The notes: a model not told the origin generated them from the sequence alone. DNA of 48,069 nucleotides from Candidatus Hydrogenedentota bacterium (GCA_034669905.1 JAXMOL010000056.1:1-48069); one strand, 5' to 3'; shown: positions 9,180-18,824, numbered from the stretch's first letter. Translations and numbers: made by a program.

Positions 9180-9889
9180 TGGCCATTCGCGCGGTGACCT
9201 TCGATTTCTGGATGACCTTGTTTGAAGAGACCAACCGCGCAGAGCGTCATCAGGTGCGTGTGGACGGATTCTGTGCCGCGACCGGGGCCGATCCCAAGGC
9301 GACCGATGCGGCGTTGAATGAGGCCCATGCGGAATTCTTTCGGATTCATGCGCGTGAACAGCGGACGCTGGCCCCCGGTGATGCGGTGCAGATGGTTTGC
9401 GACGCGCTGGACCTCCAACTTGAGCCGGGCCGCTTTGAGGACATGGCCACGCTCTTTGGAACGGCCATTTTTGATTGCCCTCCCACGCCCATCGCCGGTG
9501 CCCTGGAGGCGGTCCGCGAAACGGCGGCCCGGGTTCCCATTGGTCTGATTTCCGATAGTGGGATGAGTCCGGGGACGTCGTTGCGGAAACTGCTCGACCG
9601 GCATGGCTTCACGCCCTACTTCACCACCTTGACCTTTTCCGACGAAGTGGGCGTGGCCAAACCGCAGGCGGAAATGTTCACCCGCACGGCTTCGTCGCTG
9701 GCAGTGGCCCCCGAGGAATTGCTTCATCTGGGCGATCTGGAGCCGACGGATATCGTGGGGATTCAGGCCGTGGGCGGCACGGGCGCGCTTTTTGCGGGGG
9801 CCAACGATCGCTTCGCGAAAACGACCACGGCCGCGCATGTTTTCGGGCGGTGGTCTGCGTACCTGGACGCGCTACCGACGTTGTTGTAG
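9179..9889 (+). CDS. HAD-superfamily hydrolase (subfamily IA)
   Basis: Motif I FDFWMTL, motif II ISDS, KP, motif IV GDLEPTD. Translationally coupled to the previous gene (TAATG). Confidence 0.88.
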   Translation: MAIRAVTFDFWMTLFEETNRAERHQVRVDGFCAATGADPKATDAALNEAHAEFFRIHAREQRTLAPGDAVQMVCDALDLQLEPGRFEDMATLFGTAIFDCPPTPIAGALEAVRETAARVPIGLISDSGMSPGTSLRKLLDRHGFTPYFTTLTFSDEVGVAKPQAEMFTRTASSLAVAPEELLHLGDLEPTDIVGIQAVGGTGALFAGANDRFAKTTTAAHVFGRWSAYLDALPTLL

Positions 9890-9928
9890 GGCCTTGCCTG
9901 GCCAGTGCGTTCACCCGGCTTCCGATGG

Positions 9929-10555
9929 CTAGGGTCGCGCTACGGTTTCCATGGTGGCGGACCAGGGGTTGTCGTCGGTGTTGATGAGGGCATATTGAAA
10001 GGTGCCGTCTTCTTTGACCAGGGGGCCGGGGGAGACAAAGAGGGTGCCATCCACCGTGACGGAGAAGGAATCCTCCGCACCGCCGCTGACGATAATATGG
10101 GCGTGAGATTGTTCCCGTTGTCGTTGCAGCTTGGCGTGGGGCGTGTCGGCCGTAAGGATTTCACGGGGGTTTCCCGGCGAGCCATGGCACAGGAGAATCT
10201 TCAGCCCTTCCAATTCGAGGGTACGGGTTTTTCGCCAATCCCGAAGGTATTCCAGGTTCTGGCTGCTGAGATTTTCGTGGGACCACCGCAGTTTTTCGAG
10301 GAGATCGGCATCGAGTTGGCGCTCGAGGGTCGATTGTTTTCGGGAGTACCGTACGGCGAGCCGGTCGAGATTTCCCTGCACACAGGTGACGTTGAATTGG
10401 GCGAGCAAGTCCATGATGGCATTGCCGCCCTGCTGTCCTACGACGGCATTACCGGTGTGGAGGATGGTTAAGATCCCGGTCTCTTCGATGGCCTTGAGGG
10501 TGGACTTCAGGGCATCGTCGTGTCCGTCTATACTGCCGATGGCGGCGAAAATCAT
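9929..10555 (-). CDS. Metallophosphoesterase-fold protein (YfcE-like) with degenerate metal ligands
   Basis: Spacing matches the calcineurin-like fold (GSIDGH / TGNAVV / QGNLD / CHGSP / VSGG..., FVSPG), but most ligands are substituted. Confidence 0.7.
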   Translation of the reverse strand: MIFAAIGSIDGHDDALKSTLKAIEETGILTILHTGNAVVGQQGGNAIMDLLAQFNVTCVQGNLDRLAVRYSRKQSTLERQLDADLLEKLRWSHENLSSQNLEYLRDWRKTRTLELEGLKILLCHGSPGNPREILTADTPHAKLQRQREQSHAHIIVSGGAEDSFSVTVDGTLFVSPGPLVKEDGTFQYALINTDDNPWSATMETVARP

Positions 10556-10915
10556 GAAAAATTTCCTTTACTCAAAAATAGTCGGATGGCGGCTGCGATC
10601 CGGTGATGGGCACTATACGCGCTCTGAGTCGGTGCGTCAATGAAAATGTAACCTGTTGCAAACAAACAGGTTGTGAACTTAAGTTTGAAAAACGGACACT
10701 TCGAAATCGCGTTAGCCCCGTAAAATAAGGCCGATTCAGGCCTGAATTTTTTTTTAACCTTGAAAATAGGGCTTGACAAATGCGTATTTGAACGGTAATC
10801 AATAGGGTAGTTCATGACGAAGCGTCTGGCAACGCCAGATCGTGATTCCGCTGTTGGAAAGCGCCCCGGCGACGCCATGGCACGTGAGTGACAACAAAAA
10901 CAGGAGAAACATCAC

Positions 10916-11230
10916 ATGGCATTCAAAAAAGCAAAGCCGACCGACAAGCCGTTGACGAAGGCCAAAGTTATCGAAGCCCTTTCCGAAGAAACGGGTCTGG
11001 CCAAGAAAGACGTGACGAGCGTACTGACGGCCCTGACGGAACTTTCCTACGCGCAGGCTGGCGTTGGCTTCACGATCCCCGGCATGGGTAAATTGGTCGT
11101 GCAGGCGCGCAAGGCCCGCAAAGGTCGCAACCCCAAGACGGGTGAGACCATCAAGATCCCCGCCAAGAAGGTGCTCAAGTTCCGCATCGCCAAGGCTGCG
11201 AAAGACGCGATCACGCCCCCGAAGAAGTAG
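10916..11230 (+). CDS. hup: HU family DNA-binding protein
   Basis: TKAKVIEALSEETGLAKKDV and ARKGRNPKTGETIKIPAKKVLKFR signature; AGGAGA RBS; TTGACA at 10773. Confidence 0.93.
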   Translation: MAFKKAKPTDKPLTKAKVIEALSEETGLAKKDVTSVLTALTELSYAQAGVGFTIPGMGKLVVQARKARKGRNPKTGETIKIPAKKVLKFRIAKAAKDAITPPKK

Positions 11231-11257
11231 TCGTGTACCCCTATTCCTTGATGCAAT

Positions 11258-11296
11258 AAACCCGGTTTCCATTATATTCGGAAACCGGGTTTTTTT
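11258..11296. terminator. Rho-independent (probably bidirectional) terminator between convergent genes
   Basis: AAACCCGGTTTCC/GGAAACCGGGTTT stem with a T-run after it and an A-rich run before it. Confidence 0.88.
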
Positions 11297-11322
11297 ATGC
11301 GTTGTGGGAGGGGGAGCGGGCC

Positions 11323-12474
11323 TTATTTGCCCTGGTTCTTAAAGAGGTAGATACCCTCTTTGCCGGGAGCCAGGATGTCTTTCCAGCCGTTCCCGTCGAT
11401 GTCTTCAATCCAGAAGTAGATACCCGAGCCACTGGCCTTATCGGCGGGGCCATAGTCGATGACGTGCCGTTTCAGGGGGAGGCTGTTTAGCGGGTAGTAG
11501 TAAAGGCCCACGGGCTCGGCCGCGCCCGGGTCGTTGCCGTTGTGGGCGTGGTAGCGTTTTCCCGTGATCAATTCCGGGGAGCCATCATTGTCCAGGTCGG
11601 CCAGATCGATGACGTGAAACTGAGAGCGATCCGTTTCGATGTCGTGCTTGGTCCACGTGCGCTTGCCGTCGGCCATGCCTTGTTCCAGCCAGGCGAGTCC
11701 ATAGTCATGGCCCTGGCCCACGATGAGATCGTTCTTGCCGTCCCCATTCATGTCGTACACGAGCACGGGGATGCTGGCTTCACCCAGATCCAATTCGGGG
11801 TGGAAGGTCCAGGCTTCTTCGAAGGGTTTCTCGGGTGCTTCCAGCCATCCTTTTGGAATGATCAGGTCGCCCCGCCCGTCGCCGTTAATATCGCCGAACC
11901 CCAGGCCGTGTCCCTGCTTTTCGCCATAGACATCGACGCGACGGAACTTGCCCGTGCCTTTCCCGGCCGCGTCGCGCTCTAAGACGAAGAGGACCACGCC
12001 ATCGTTGGGCAGGTTGGGTACGACTTCCATGTGTCCGTCGCCGTCGATATCCCAGAAGCAGCCGCGCTCCACATTGCCGACGGTGTCAATTTCGTGGGTG
12101 GTCCACTCCACCGTCTTTCCCTGGGGATTCTCGCGCCATTGGACTTTCTTGGCAAACCAGCCGCCGGTCACGATGTCGACGTAGCCATCGCCGTTGACGT
12201 CCATCGGGAAATTGGAGAAGTCGTCGAAGTAGGTGCTCTGCTCCAGGATGGTGGCGATCTTGTGGGCCTGGGTGAAGTCGGGTCCGGGGTGCCAGTATTC
12301 GCCGGAGACGATGTCGAGGACGCCGTCGTTGTTGATGTCGCACATGGTGCCGGCTTCATAGGTGCCGGTGCCGATACGCTGGCGTTCAAAGGAAAGTTCG
12401 GCGGCCGGCGCGGTGCTCTGGAGCATCGTGAGGGCCAGGCCCGCCAGTGCGGTGTGAAGTATGGGGGATTTCAT
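11323..12474 (-). CDS. Secreted FG-GAP/VCBS repeat beta-propeller protein
   Basis: Signal peptide; seven D(I/V/M/L)(N/D)xDGxxD-type repeats (DINNDGVLD, DVNGDGYVD, DIDGDG, DINGDGRGD, DMNGDGKND, DLDNDG, DIDGNGWKD). Confidence 0.88.
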   Translation of the reverse strand: MKSPILHTALAGLALTMLQSTAPAAELSFERQRIGTGTYEAGTMCDINNDGVLDIVSGEYWHPGPDFTQAHKIATILEQSTYFDDFSNFPMDVNGDGYVDIVTGGWFAKKVQWRENPQGKTVEWTTHEIDTVGNVERGCFWDIDGDGHMEVVPNLPNDGVVLFVLERDAAGKGTGKFRRVDVYGEKQGHGLGFGDINGDGRGDLIIPKGWLEAPEKPFEEAWTFHPELDLGEASIPVLVYDMNGDGKNDLIVGQGHDYGLAWLEQGMADGKRTWTKHDIETDRSQFHVIDLADLDNDGSPELITGKRYHAHNGNDPGAAEPVGLYYYPLNSLPLKRHVIDYGPADKASGSGIYFWIEDIDGNGWKDILAPGKEGIYLFKNQGK

Positions 12475-12844
12475 GGGGAAAACCTTTCTGAGTTACGGAG
12501 CGGCACAGGGGGGCCGCGTAGTGCGTCGGTCATGATTCACCACGGACAGGGACTAAATCAAGTAGGCGGCCTGCAGCAAAGGAGAGGAAACGTATTCTGT
12601 TGGATTGGTTCCACCAAGTCGTCGGTCAATTCCCCCAGCCCCTCCCAGGAGGGGAGGAATATTCGGGATCTCTGGGGGCACTCGCACGAGACCCAATGCC
12701 CCCTCTGGATAATTCAGATGGCACGATGGGTCGGGAGTTTTGCCCCGTTCCCGGAGTTTGCTACAATGCGAATTCTAATAACGGGCGCGGTTCGGTGCAC
12801 GAGCTACGATCGCCCTGTATGGCAATGGAGGACATGGTGCTACC

Positions 12845-13870
12845 ATGGGTCTACTGACATCGGAAATATCATCGAAGCACCTGGTGCCCCTGTGTCGCCA
12901 GATGGCGACCAGTTATGATGCGGGGCTTCCCATTGTACGCACACTGGAGATGATGTCGGAGAATGCCAAGGACCGCCGTACCAAGCAGGTCTTTCGTGCC
13001 ATGGCCGAAGATGCCCGGGCGGGCACGACCCTGGGGGAAGCGGCCCGGAAGCAAGAGAAGTATCTGCCCCGCTTTTTTATCGAGTTGATCCATTCGGGGG
13101 AACTGGGTGGGCGCCTCGATGTGATGCTGCGGGATTTGGCGAACTACTATGAAGATCGCCTCACCATGCAGCGAAGCATCGTGGGGGCCATGGTCTACCC
13201 GGCGCTTCAGTTGGTGGCGGCCTGGTTCCTGGGCACCTTTGCCTTGGGGCTGGTGGGCAAGATTAACCTGGAGTCGGGTAAGGCGCTGGATATTGGCGCG
13301 TATTTCCAGGAATATTTACTCTTTCAGGGTTTCGCCATGGGCATCGTCGCGGTGGCGATGGTGGTGATGATTGTGCTGTCCCGTATGGGTGTGTTCAAGT
13401 TCAGCCTGGGGCTCGTGTTGAACTATATCTGGCCCCTGAGCACGGTGAACCGTAAGTTCGGGCTGGCGCGATTTTTTCGCAGCTTTTCGCTGCTCGTTGG
13501 CAGTGGGATGAATATCAAATCCTGCATTGGCAATTCGGCGGCCATTGCGGGCAATCCCCACATCGAGAAAGATCTGCTGACCGCCATTCCCCGGGTAGCC
13601 CAGGGGGCAACACTGGTGGAAGCCTTCGGGCCTTGCCGGAGCCTGACGCCCATGGCGCGGGAAATGCTCGAAGTGGGCGAACGCTCGGGTGAGCTGGAGA
13701 ATTCGCTGCGGAAGGTGGCGGAGTACCATCTGGAAGAGGGGCGACACGCCGTCACGATAGCCAGCCGCATCATGGGGGTGCTCATCGTGTTGGCGGTGGG
13801 CGGCCTCATCGGCTTTATCATTATATCGTTTTATATGCGCTTGTGGAGTTCCTTTGACGGGATTATCTAG
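12845..13870 (+). CDS. Type II secretion system F / type IV pilus platform protein (PilC/GspF family)
   Basis: Two T2SSF domains (RQMATSYDAGLP...GELGGRLD; FSLLVGSG...VGERSGELE), AMVYP motif, three TMs. Confidence 0.9.
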   Translation: MGLLTSEISSKHLVPLCRQMATSYDAGLPIVRTLEMMSENAKDRRTKQVFRAMAEDARAGTTLGEAARKQEKYLPRFFIELIHSGELGGRLDVMLRDLANYYEDRLTMQRSIVGAMVYPALQLVAAWFLGTFALGLVGKINLESGKALDIGAYFQEYLLFQGFAMGIVAVAMVVMIVLSRMGVFKFSLGLVLNYIWPLSTVNRKFGLARFFRSFSLLVGSGMNIKSCIGNSAAIAGNPHIEKDLLTAIPRVAQGATLVEAFGPCRSLTPMAREMLEVGERSGELENSLRKVAEYHLEEGRHAVTIASRIMGVLIVLAVGGLIGFIIISFYMRLWSSFDGII

Positions 13871-13992
13871 CAGGGCGTAAAGAAGGTCCGATGTCCGTGA
13901 CGGGCATAGGGCATCGGTAGCTTTTTGTATTCGGACAACATAATTGGGAAAGTGGGCCACTGACGGCCCCGTCATCAGGAGGTAGTAACGCC

Positions 13993-14541
13993 ATGATCGA
14001 GGAACACGACGATACCCAGCAGGAGCCGAAGGACTATACCCGCCATATTTGGATAGGCGTCCTGATCGCGTTCGTGGTGATGATTATTGCCATATCGCTG
14101 CAGAAAACCCCGGTTCCCCATACCTCGTTGGTGACGACGAAGCATATTCTTATTCGGTTTAACCGGGCGGATCCGGCGGATCGGGCCCGTGCGCTGGAGC
14201 GGATTCAGGAGGCGCGGGAGCGCATTCTGAATGGCGAAGCCTTTGAGGATATGGCAGCCCAGTATTCGGAAGATCCGGGTAGTGCGAGCAAGGGCGGCTA
14301 TATTCCGCCCCAGCCCCGCGGCACCTTTGAGGAAGCCTATGAGAAGTACGCGTGGAGTGCACCGCTCAACGAGTTGAGCGAGATCATCCAGACGAATCAC
14401 GGCTTTCACCTGGTGGTCGTGACCGAGCGCCATATCTCCGAGGGGGATCAGTACGAGAAAGAACTGGATCAACGGGTCCGTGAAGAGCGCGCAGCCGATG
14501 TGCCGCCTTCCGCGCTACAAGAAGAAAAGGCCGCCGAGTAG
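13993..14541 (+). CDS. Membrane-anchored PpiC-type peptidyl-prolyl isomerase
   Basis: KHILI, FEDMAAQYSEDPGSASKGG, IIQTNHGFHL parvulin motifs; N-terminal TM; AGGAGG RBS. Confidence 0.88.
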   Translation: MIEEHDDTQQEPKDYTRHIWIGVLIAFVVMIIAISLQKTPVPHTSLVTTKHILIRFNRADPADRARALERIQEARERILNGEAFEDMAAQYSEDPGSASKGGYIPPQPRGTFEEAYEKYAWSAPLNELSEIIQTNHGFHLVVVTERHISEGDQYEKELDQRVREERAADVPPSALQEEKAAE

Positions 14542-14562
14542 GTCGCCTGTGAAAATGAGAAG

Positions 14563-14595
14563 CGGGATGGTCACCGAGGTGGCCATCCCGTTTTT
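14563..14595 (+). terminator. Rho-independent terminator (duplicated at 15059-15091)
   Basis: CGGGATGGTCAC-cgag-GTGGCCATCCCG-TTTTT. Confidence 0.85.
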
Positions 14596-14749
14596 GCTTA
14601 GTAGCCTTCGGGGGTCTTGGCGTCGAGCCGGGGGAGGGGCTGTGGTCCTTGCACCTCGGAATCGTGTAGCACGTCTCACATCAATGGGTAGGAACAACGT
14701 ACACATCTTCCTCGAGCCCACGCCTCGCCCCAAACCAATTGGTGGACCC

Positions 14750-14891
14750 TTTGGAGTGCGTACGCTTGCTTACGCCCTTACGGAGTGAGCTTGCTCACGG
14801 GACAGGCCAGGTGGGCGGCAGTTCGAGAGGCGTCCTAAGGTGGGGAGCAAGCTCCCCGGGGAAAAGCAGCAGCAAGCTGCCGCACTCCAAA
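14750..14891. repeat. ~140-bp REPIN/MITE-like element, GGAGTGCG family
   Basis: Imperfect terminal inverted repeats TTGGAGTGCGtacGCTTGCT ... AGCAAGCtgcCGCACTCCAA and internal palindrome GGGGAGCAAGCTCCCC. Inverted copies at 26761-26896 and 26934-27070. Confidence 0.85.
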
Positions 14892-15392
14892 TAGACGTCT
14901 TTTTAAGCAGTCTTCCCCGGAATCGGTCTCTAAACCATTTGCTCAACGGTGGAAGTTCATTCCAGGCGGTAGTTTCGACGTCAGGTTGGGACGCTCAATG
15001 GTGCAAATCATTTGCCGTGCAGCGGACCGCCGAGTAGGTCGCCTATGAAAATGAGAAGCGGGATGGTCACCGAGGTGGCCATCCCGTTTTTGCTTAGTAG
15101 CCTTCGGGGGTCTTGGCGTAGAGCCGGGAGAGGGTCTGGATCACCGTCGGGCCGTTGACCCAGTCACCGAAGAAAAGGGTCATAAAGGTGAGGATGGCAG
15201 ATTCCAGGGGGGTCGTGACGCCTTCCTGGGCCAGCTGGGGGCGACGCCCCAGTGCGCGGGTGTGAGACATGGTCTGAGCTTCCTTCTGGTAACGAAATGG
15301 GGACTATGTTCAGGGGCCAGCATAGCATGTGGGCCCGGGTGGGTTCACGACACGGGGAAGGTCTTCCCCGTCTCGTGGCCACCAGCGATGGA

Positions 15393-16904
15393 TCAGGCGG
15401 TGACCCGCTGAAGGATGCGCAGGCTGCGGGGAGCCAGGGTATAGACCGACGCGGGGCTGTCTGCGTCATCGGCCTTCCAGTGGTCGGCCAGGCGCACTTC
15501 CACGGGACTCCGCCCATAGTTGGCGACCACGAGGTAGAGTTCCTGGTTGGCGAAGGCAGAGACCACCACATTCTCCGGCACGGGGGCGGTGAAAAAGTCG
15601 GAGTCCTGAATTTCGAGATAGGCCTTCGTGCCCGGCTGCACCAGGGGTCGGTAGCGCTTGAGCCATTTCGCGTGGTTTATGCGGGTGTTGGGGCTGCCGG
15701 GGACGGCGTCCCAGGCGCTGTAGGTGTGAAGCTTGCTGGGGTCTTCCTGGTATTGCTTCCAGGCGTCCCGGCAGCGCTGCATCCAGAAATCATCTTTGTA
15801 GGTGACGCCGGGGACGAAGCCGCGCTCGCCGGTGAAGATACGGCCGCCCATGGAAACAGGAAACTGCATGTAGGGGATGGCGTGGAGGTAGGGCTCGTCT
15901 TCCGTTTCGACCTGGGTAAAGCCCATATCGATACAGGGGACAATATAGGGGGCGTAATCCTTGACCGCTTCCCGCAGCGGATCGACCTGTTTGACCCCTT
16001 CGCCCACCCAGAGATAATCGTAGGTGGCGAGTCCTTTGGCCATGGGCTTTTCGGCCGCGTTCACGTGCAGTTTAAGGATGCCGCCCCGCCGCTTCACGTC
16101 GTCATAGATGAGGGCGAGCATGTCGGCAAAGGCCCCGTCGTGTTCCGCGGTTTCTTCAAAGGCGACGATTTCGTCGGGGGCCACGGGCATGGTCTTCTTG
16201 TACGCATGCTGGTTAGAGAGATAGCCGCCGTCCACATAGATGCCATCGGTGCCGTACTCTTCCATGATGCGGGCAAACTTCTGCATGACGAAGGCACGCC
16301 AGCCGGGGCTGGCGGGCGAACAGCGCGCCATGTCCCAGTAGCCCACCTGGAGGAAGTCGCCTTCCCGGCTCCACTCCTGCTTAAAGTCGGGGTCACTCCG
16401 CTGGATGAAGCAGGTGGAGGTGTAGGTGAGGACTTTCATGCCCCGCGCATGGGCCAGCTCGATGAAGCGGTGGTAGCCCTGGGGGTTTACGGCGGAATAC
16501 TTGTCGCCGCCAAAGAGGCGTAGTGAGTCGTTCCAGTCATCGAAGACCTGGAGCACTTCAATGCCCTCGCCCTGGAGGCGGTCCAGCTCCTGTTCGTCAT
16601 ATTCATCGACGAACCAGGGTTTGGTGCTGGGGTATTCGCCGAGGTTGTAGCAGCACTGACCGGGGAGGTACTCGGTGATGAGGTGCTCCCGCATGGTGCT
16701 GCGGATGGATTGGGTGCACCGGGCGATATGCTGAAGGCGCCGGCGGTGCTCTTCCTCGGAGAAATCGCGGAGGAGGGAAATCGCGGGAGTGCTTTCGACG
16801 GCCCCGTGGACCGCTTTGGTGGATGCCGAGCGTGTGGCAGCGCTGGCCACGGTACCCGCGACGGCGGCCTGGGTGCCCGTTTTCAGAAAGGAACGTCGGT
16901 CCAT
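15393..16904 (-). CDS. Tat-exported putative glycoside hydrolase-like (TIM-barrel) protein of unassigned family
   Basis: Start re-assigned to ATG 16904 (AAGGAG RBS). Twin-arginine signal MDRRSFLK. AHARGMKVLTY and YGTDGIYVDG resemble TIM-barrel GH strands. Confidence 0.65.
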   Translation of the reverse strand: MDRRSFLKTGTQAAVAGTVASAATRSASTKAVHGAVESTPAISLLRDFSEEEHRRRLQHIARCTQSIRSTMREHLITEYLPGQCCYNLGEYPSTKPWFVDEYDEQELDRLQGEGIEVLQVFDDWNDSLRLFGGDKYSAVNPQGYHRFIELAHARGMKVLTYTSTCFIQRSDPDFKQEWSREGDFLQVGYWDMARCSPASPGWRAFVMQKFARIMEEYGTDGIYVDGGYLSNQHAYKKTMPVAPDEIVAFEETAEHDGAFADMLALIYDDVKRRGGILKLHVNAAEKPMAKGLATYDYLWVGEGVKQVDPLREAVKDYAPYIVPCIDMGFTQVETEDEPYLHAIPYMQFPVSMGGRIFTGERGFVPGVTYKDDFWMQRCRDAWKQYQEDPSKLHTYSAWDAVPGSPNTRINHAKWLKRYRPLVQPGTKAYLEIQDSDFFTAPVPENVVVSAFANQELYLVVANYGRSPVEVRLADHWKADDADSPASVYTLAPRSLRILQRVTA

Positions 16905-17081
16905 GAAGTATTCTCCTTGTGTATTGCCAATTACTCGAATTCCCACGGTGTTTGGGAAGAAAGGACATCCTACACCATAGTCGGGATGGGGAAAAGATGT
17001 TCGTGTCCGGGTGCTTCTCTGGCTGTGCGCATAGGCGATTGGGTATAATAGGACGTTCATCACCACCACCCCACGAATGCC

Positions 17082-18794
17082 ATGAGGAATATCCCTGTGA
17101 ATCCCTTTGAAAGTCTTGTAGACCCCATTCTGGCCGCGTTCCCCGAGCTGGACGCCGACGATCTGTCTTTCGGCACGCCACCCAAACTCGATATGGGCGA
17201 TGTGGCGATTCCCATGTTCCTCGCGGCCAAGAAGCTCAAGTCGCCCCCGCCCAAGTTGGCGGCGGAAGCGGCCGCAAAGGTCGAGTTTGGCCCCGAAGTT
17301 ACGGAAGCCAAGCCCATGGGTCCCTATCTCAACCTCCGTCTCAACCGGGGTGCCATCGGGCGGAAGATTGTGGCGGGCGTGCTGGAAGCCGGGGAAAAAT
17401 TTGGCTCCTCAGGCTCGGGCAAGGGCACGAAGGTGGTGCTGGAACACACGAGCATCAACCCCAATGCGAGCCCCCACGTGGGCCGCGCGCGGAACGCCAT
17501 GATTGGCGACAGCCTCGCCCGTCTCTTTCGCTTTGAAGACTATGACGTGGAGGTCCACTACTACGTCAACGATATGGGGCGGCAGATTGGCCTGTTGGTG
17601 CTGATTGCCGACGAATTGCAGAACCTCACGTTTGATCAGATTCTGGATGCCTACGTCGCCGCCAACGAGCGGGCCAAGGAAGACGAGGCCTTCGCCCAGG
17701 CGGGTTATGAACTGCTCGCCAAGATGGAGCAGGGCGACCCCGAAACCCAGAAAAAGTTTACGGCGGTCACGGACCTGTGCCTTAAGGGGCAGTTGGAAGT
17801 GCTGACGCGGCTGGGGGGCACCTATGACGTCTTTGACCACGAGTCGAAATACGTGAAGGACGCCCGTCTCGATGCGCTCGTCGAAAAGCTCAAGGAAAAG
17901 GACGCGGTCTTCATCGACGACGACAAGCGTCTCGTGGTGGACCTTTCCAAGATTGGACACGAGTTGGAAGAAGGCCGCTACTTCGTGTTGCTCCGGGGCA
18001 ATGGCAGCTCCATGTATGGCTTCCGCGATTTGGCCTACACCCTCGACAAGCAGGCCCTGGGCGCCGACATCAACATGATGGTCTTGGGCGAAGATCACAA
18101 GCTCTATGCCCAGCAGCTGGGGCTTATCCTGGCGGCCGCGGGCCATCCCGTGCCCGAGCCCATTTACTATTCCTACATCCTGCTGAAAGACGGCAAGATG
18201 TCGACCCGGCAGGGCAAGGTGGTCCTGCTTTCCGACTTCCTCGACGAAGCGGCGACGCTGGCCCAGGAGCGGGTGGCCGAGCAGTGCACCGACCTTTCCA
18301 AGGAAGAGCAGCAGGTTATCGCCGAGCAGGTGGCCGTGGCGGCGATCCGCTTCAGCATCCTGCGGGTCACTCCGAATAAGAACGTCATCTTCGATATGGA
18401 AGAGAACATGAAGTTCGTGGGCGACACGGGTCCCTACATCCAGTATTCCTGTGCGCGGATTAACTCCCTGATGCGGAAGATTGCCGGGGAGGTATCCGAT
18501 GTGCCCGCCGAGAAATTCAATACGACCTCCGATGCGGAATGGGCGCTGCTGACCAAGATCGCCGAATTCCCCAACGTGGTTTCCGGCGGCCTGAAGCAAC
18601 GGACCTGCGCACCCATCGCCAACTATACGCTGGAACTGTCGCGGCTCTTCTCAAGCTTCTACAATGAGTGCCCCGTGTTGAAGGCGAAGACGGAAGCTCT
18701 CATGGTGGCCCGGCTCCAGATTTGTAAGGCGACCTTGCAGACCCTGACGAATGCGCTGGATATCTTAGGGATTGAAGCGCCGGAGCGGATGTAA
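17082..18794 (+). CDS. argS: Arginyl-tRNA synthetase
   Basis: GPYLN, EHTSINPNASPHVGRARN (HIGH variant), YYVNDMGRQ, KMSTRQG, GDTGPYIQYSCARI, FYNECPVL, C-terminal APERM. Confidence 0.96.
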   Translation: MRNIPVNPFESLVDPILAAFPELDADDLSFGTPPKLDMGDVAIPMFLAAKKLKSPPPKLAAEAAAKVEFGPEVTEAKPMGPYLNLRLNRGAIGRKIVAGVLEAGEKFGSSGSGKGTKVVLEHTSINPNASPHVGRARNAMIGDSLARLFRFEDYDVEVHYYVNDMGRQIGLLVLIADELQNLTFDQILDAYVAANERAKEDEAFAQAGYELLAKMEQGDPETQKKFTAVTDLCLKGQLEVLTRLGGTYDVFDHESKYVKDARLDALVEKLKEKDAVFIDDDKRLVVDLSKIGHELEEGRYFVLLRGNGSSMYGFRDLAYTLDKQALGADINMMVLGEDHKLYAQQLGLILAAAGHPVPEPIYYSYILLKDGKMSTRQGKVVLLSDFLDEAATLAQERVAEQCTDLSKEEQQVIAEQVAVAAIRFSILRVTPNKNVIFDMEENMKFVGDTGPYIQYSCARINSLMRKIAGEVSDVPAEKFNTTSDAEWALLTKIAEFPNVVSGGLKQRTCAPIANYTLELSRLFSSFYNECPVLKAKTEALMVARLQICKATLQTLTNALDILGIEAPERM

Positions 18795-18824
18795 TTCGCC
18801 TCGCGCCACATCATTGACCTATGC

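Larger units (their letters stand above)
14531..15128. repeat. 102-bp direct duplication (14531-14632 and 15027-15128) of the rotamase gene 3' end and terminator, around a ~395-bp insert
   Basis: Offset 496 bp, 2 mismatches. The repeat includes the last codons, the TAG stop and the terminator. Confidence 0.95.

Noticed and set aside
16905..17069. 55-aa N-terminal extension of the Tat protein
   Set aside because: The Tat motif and AAGGAG RBS define the start at 16904; the extension covers the divergent promoter region shared with argS.
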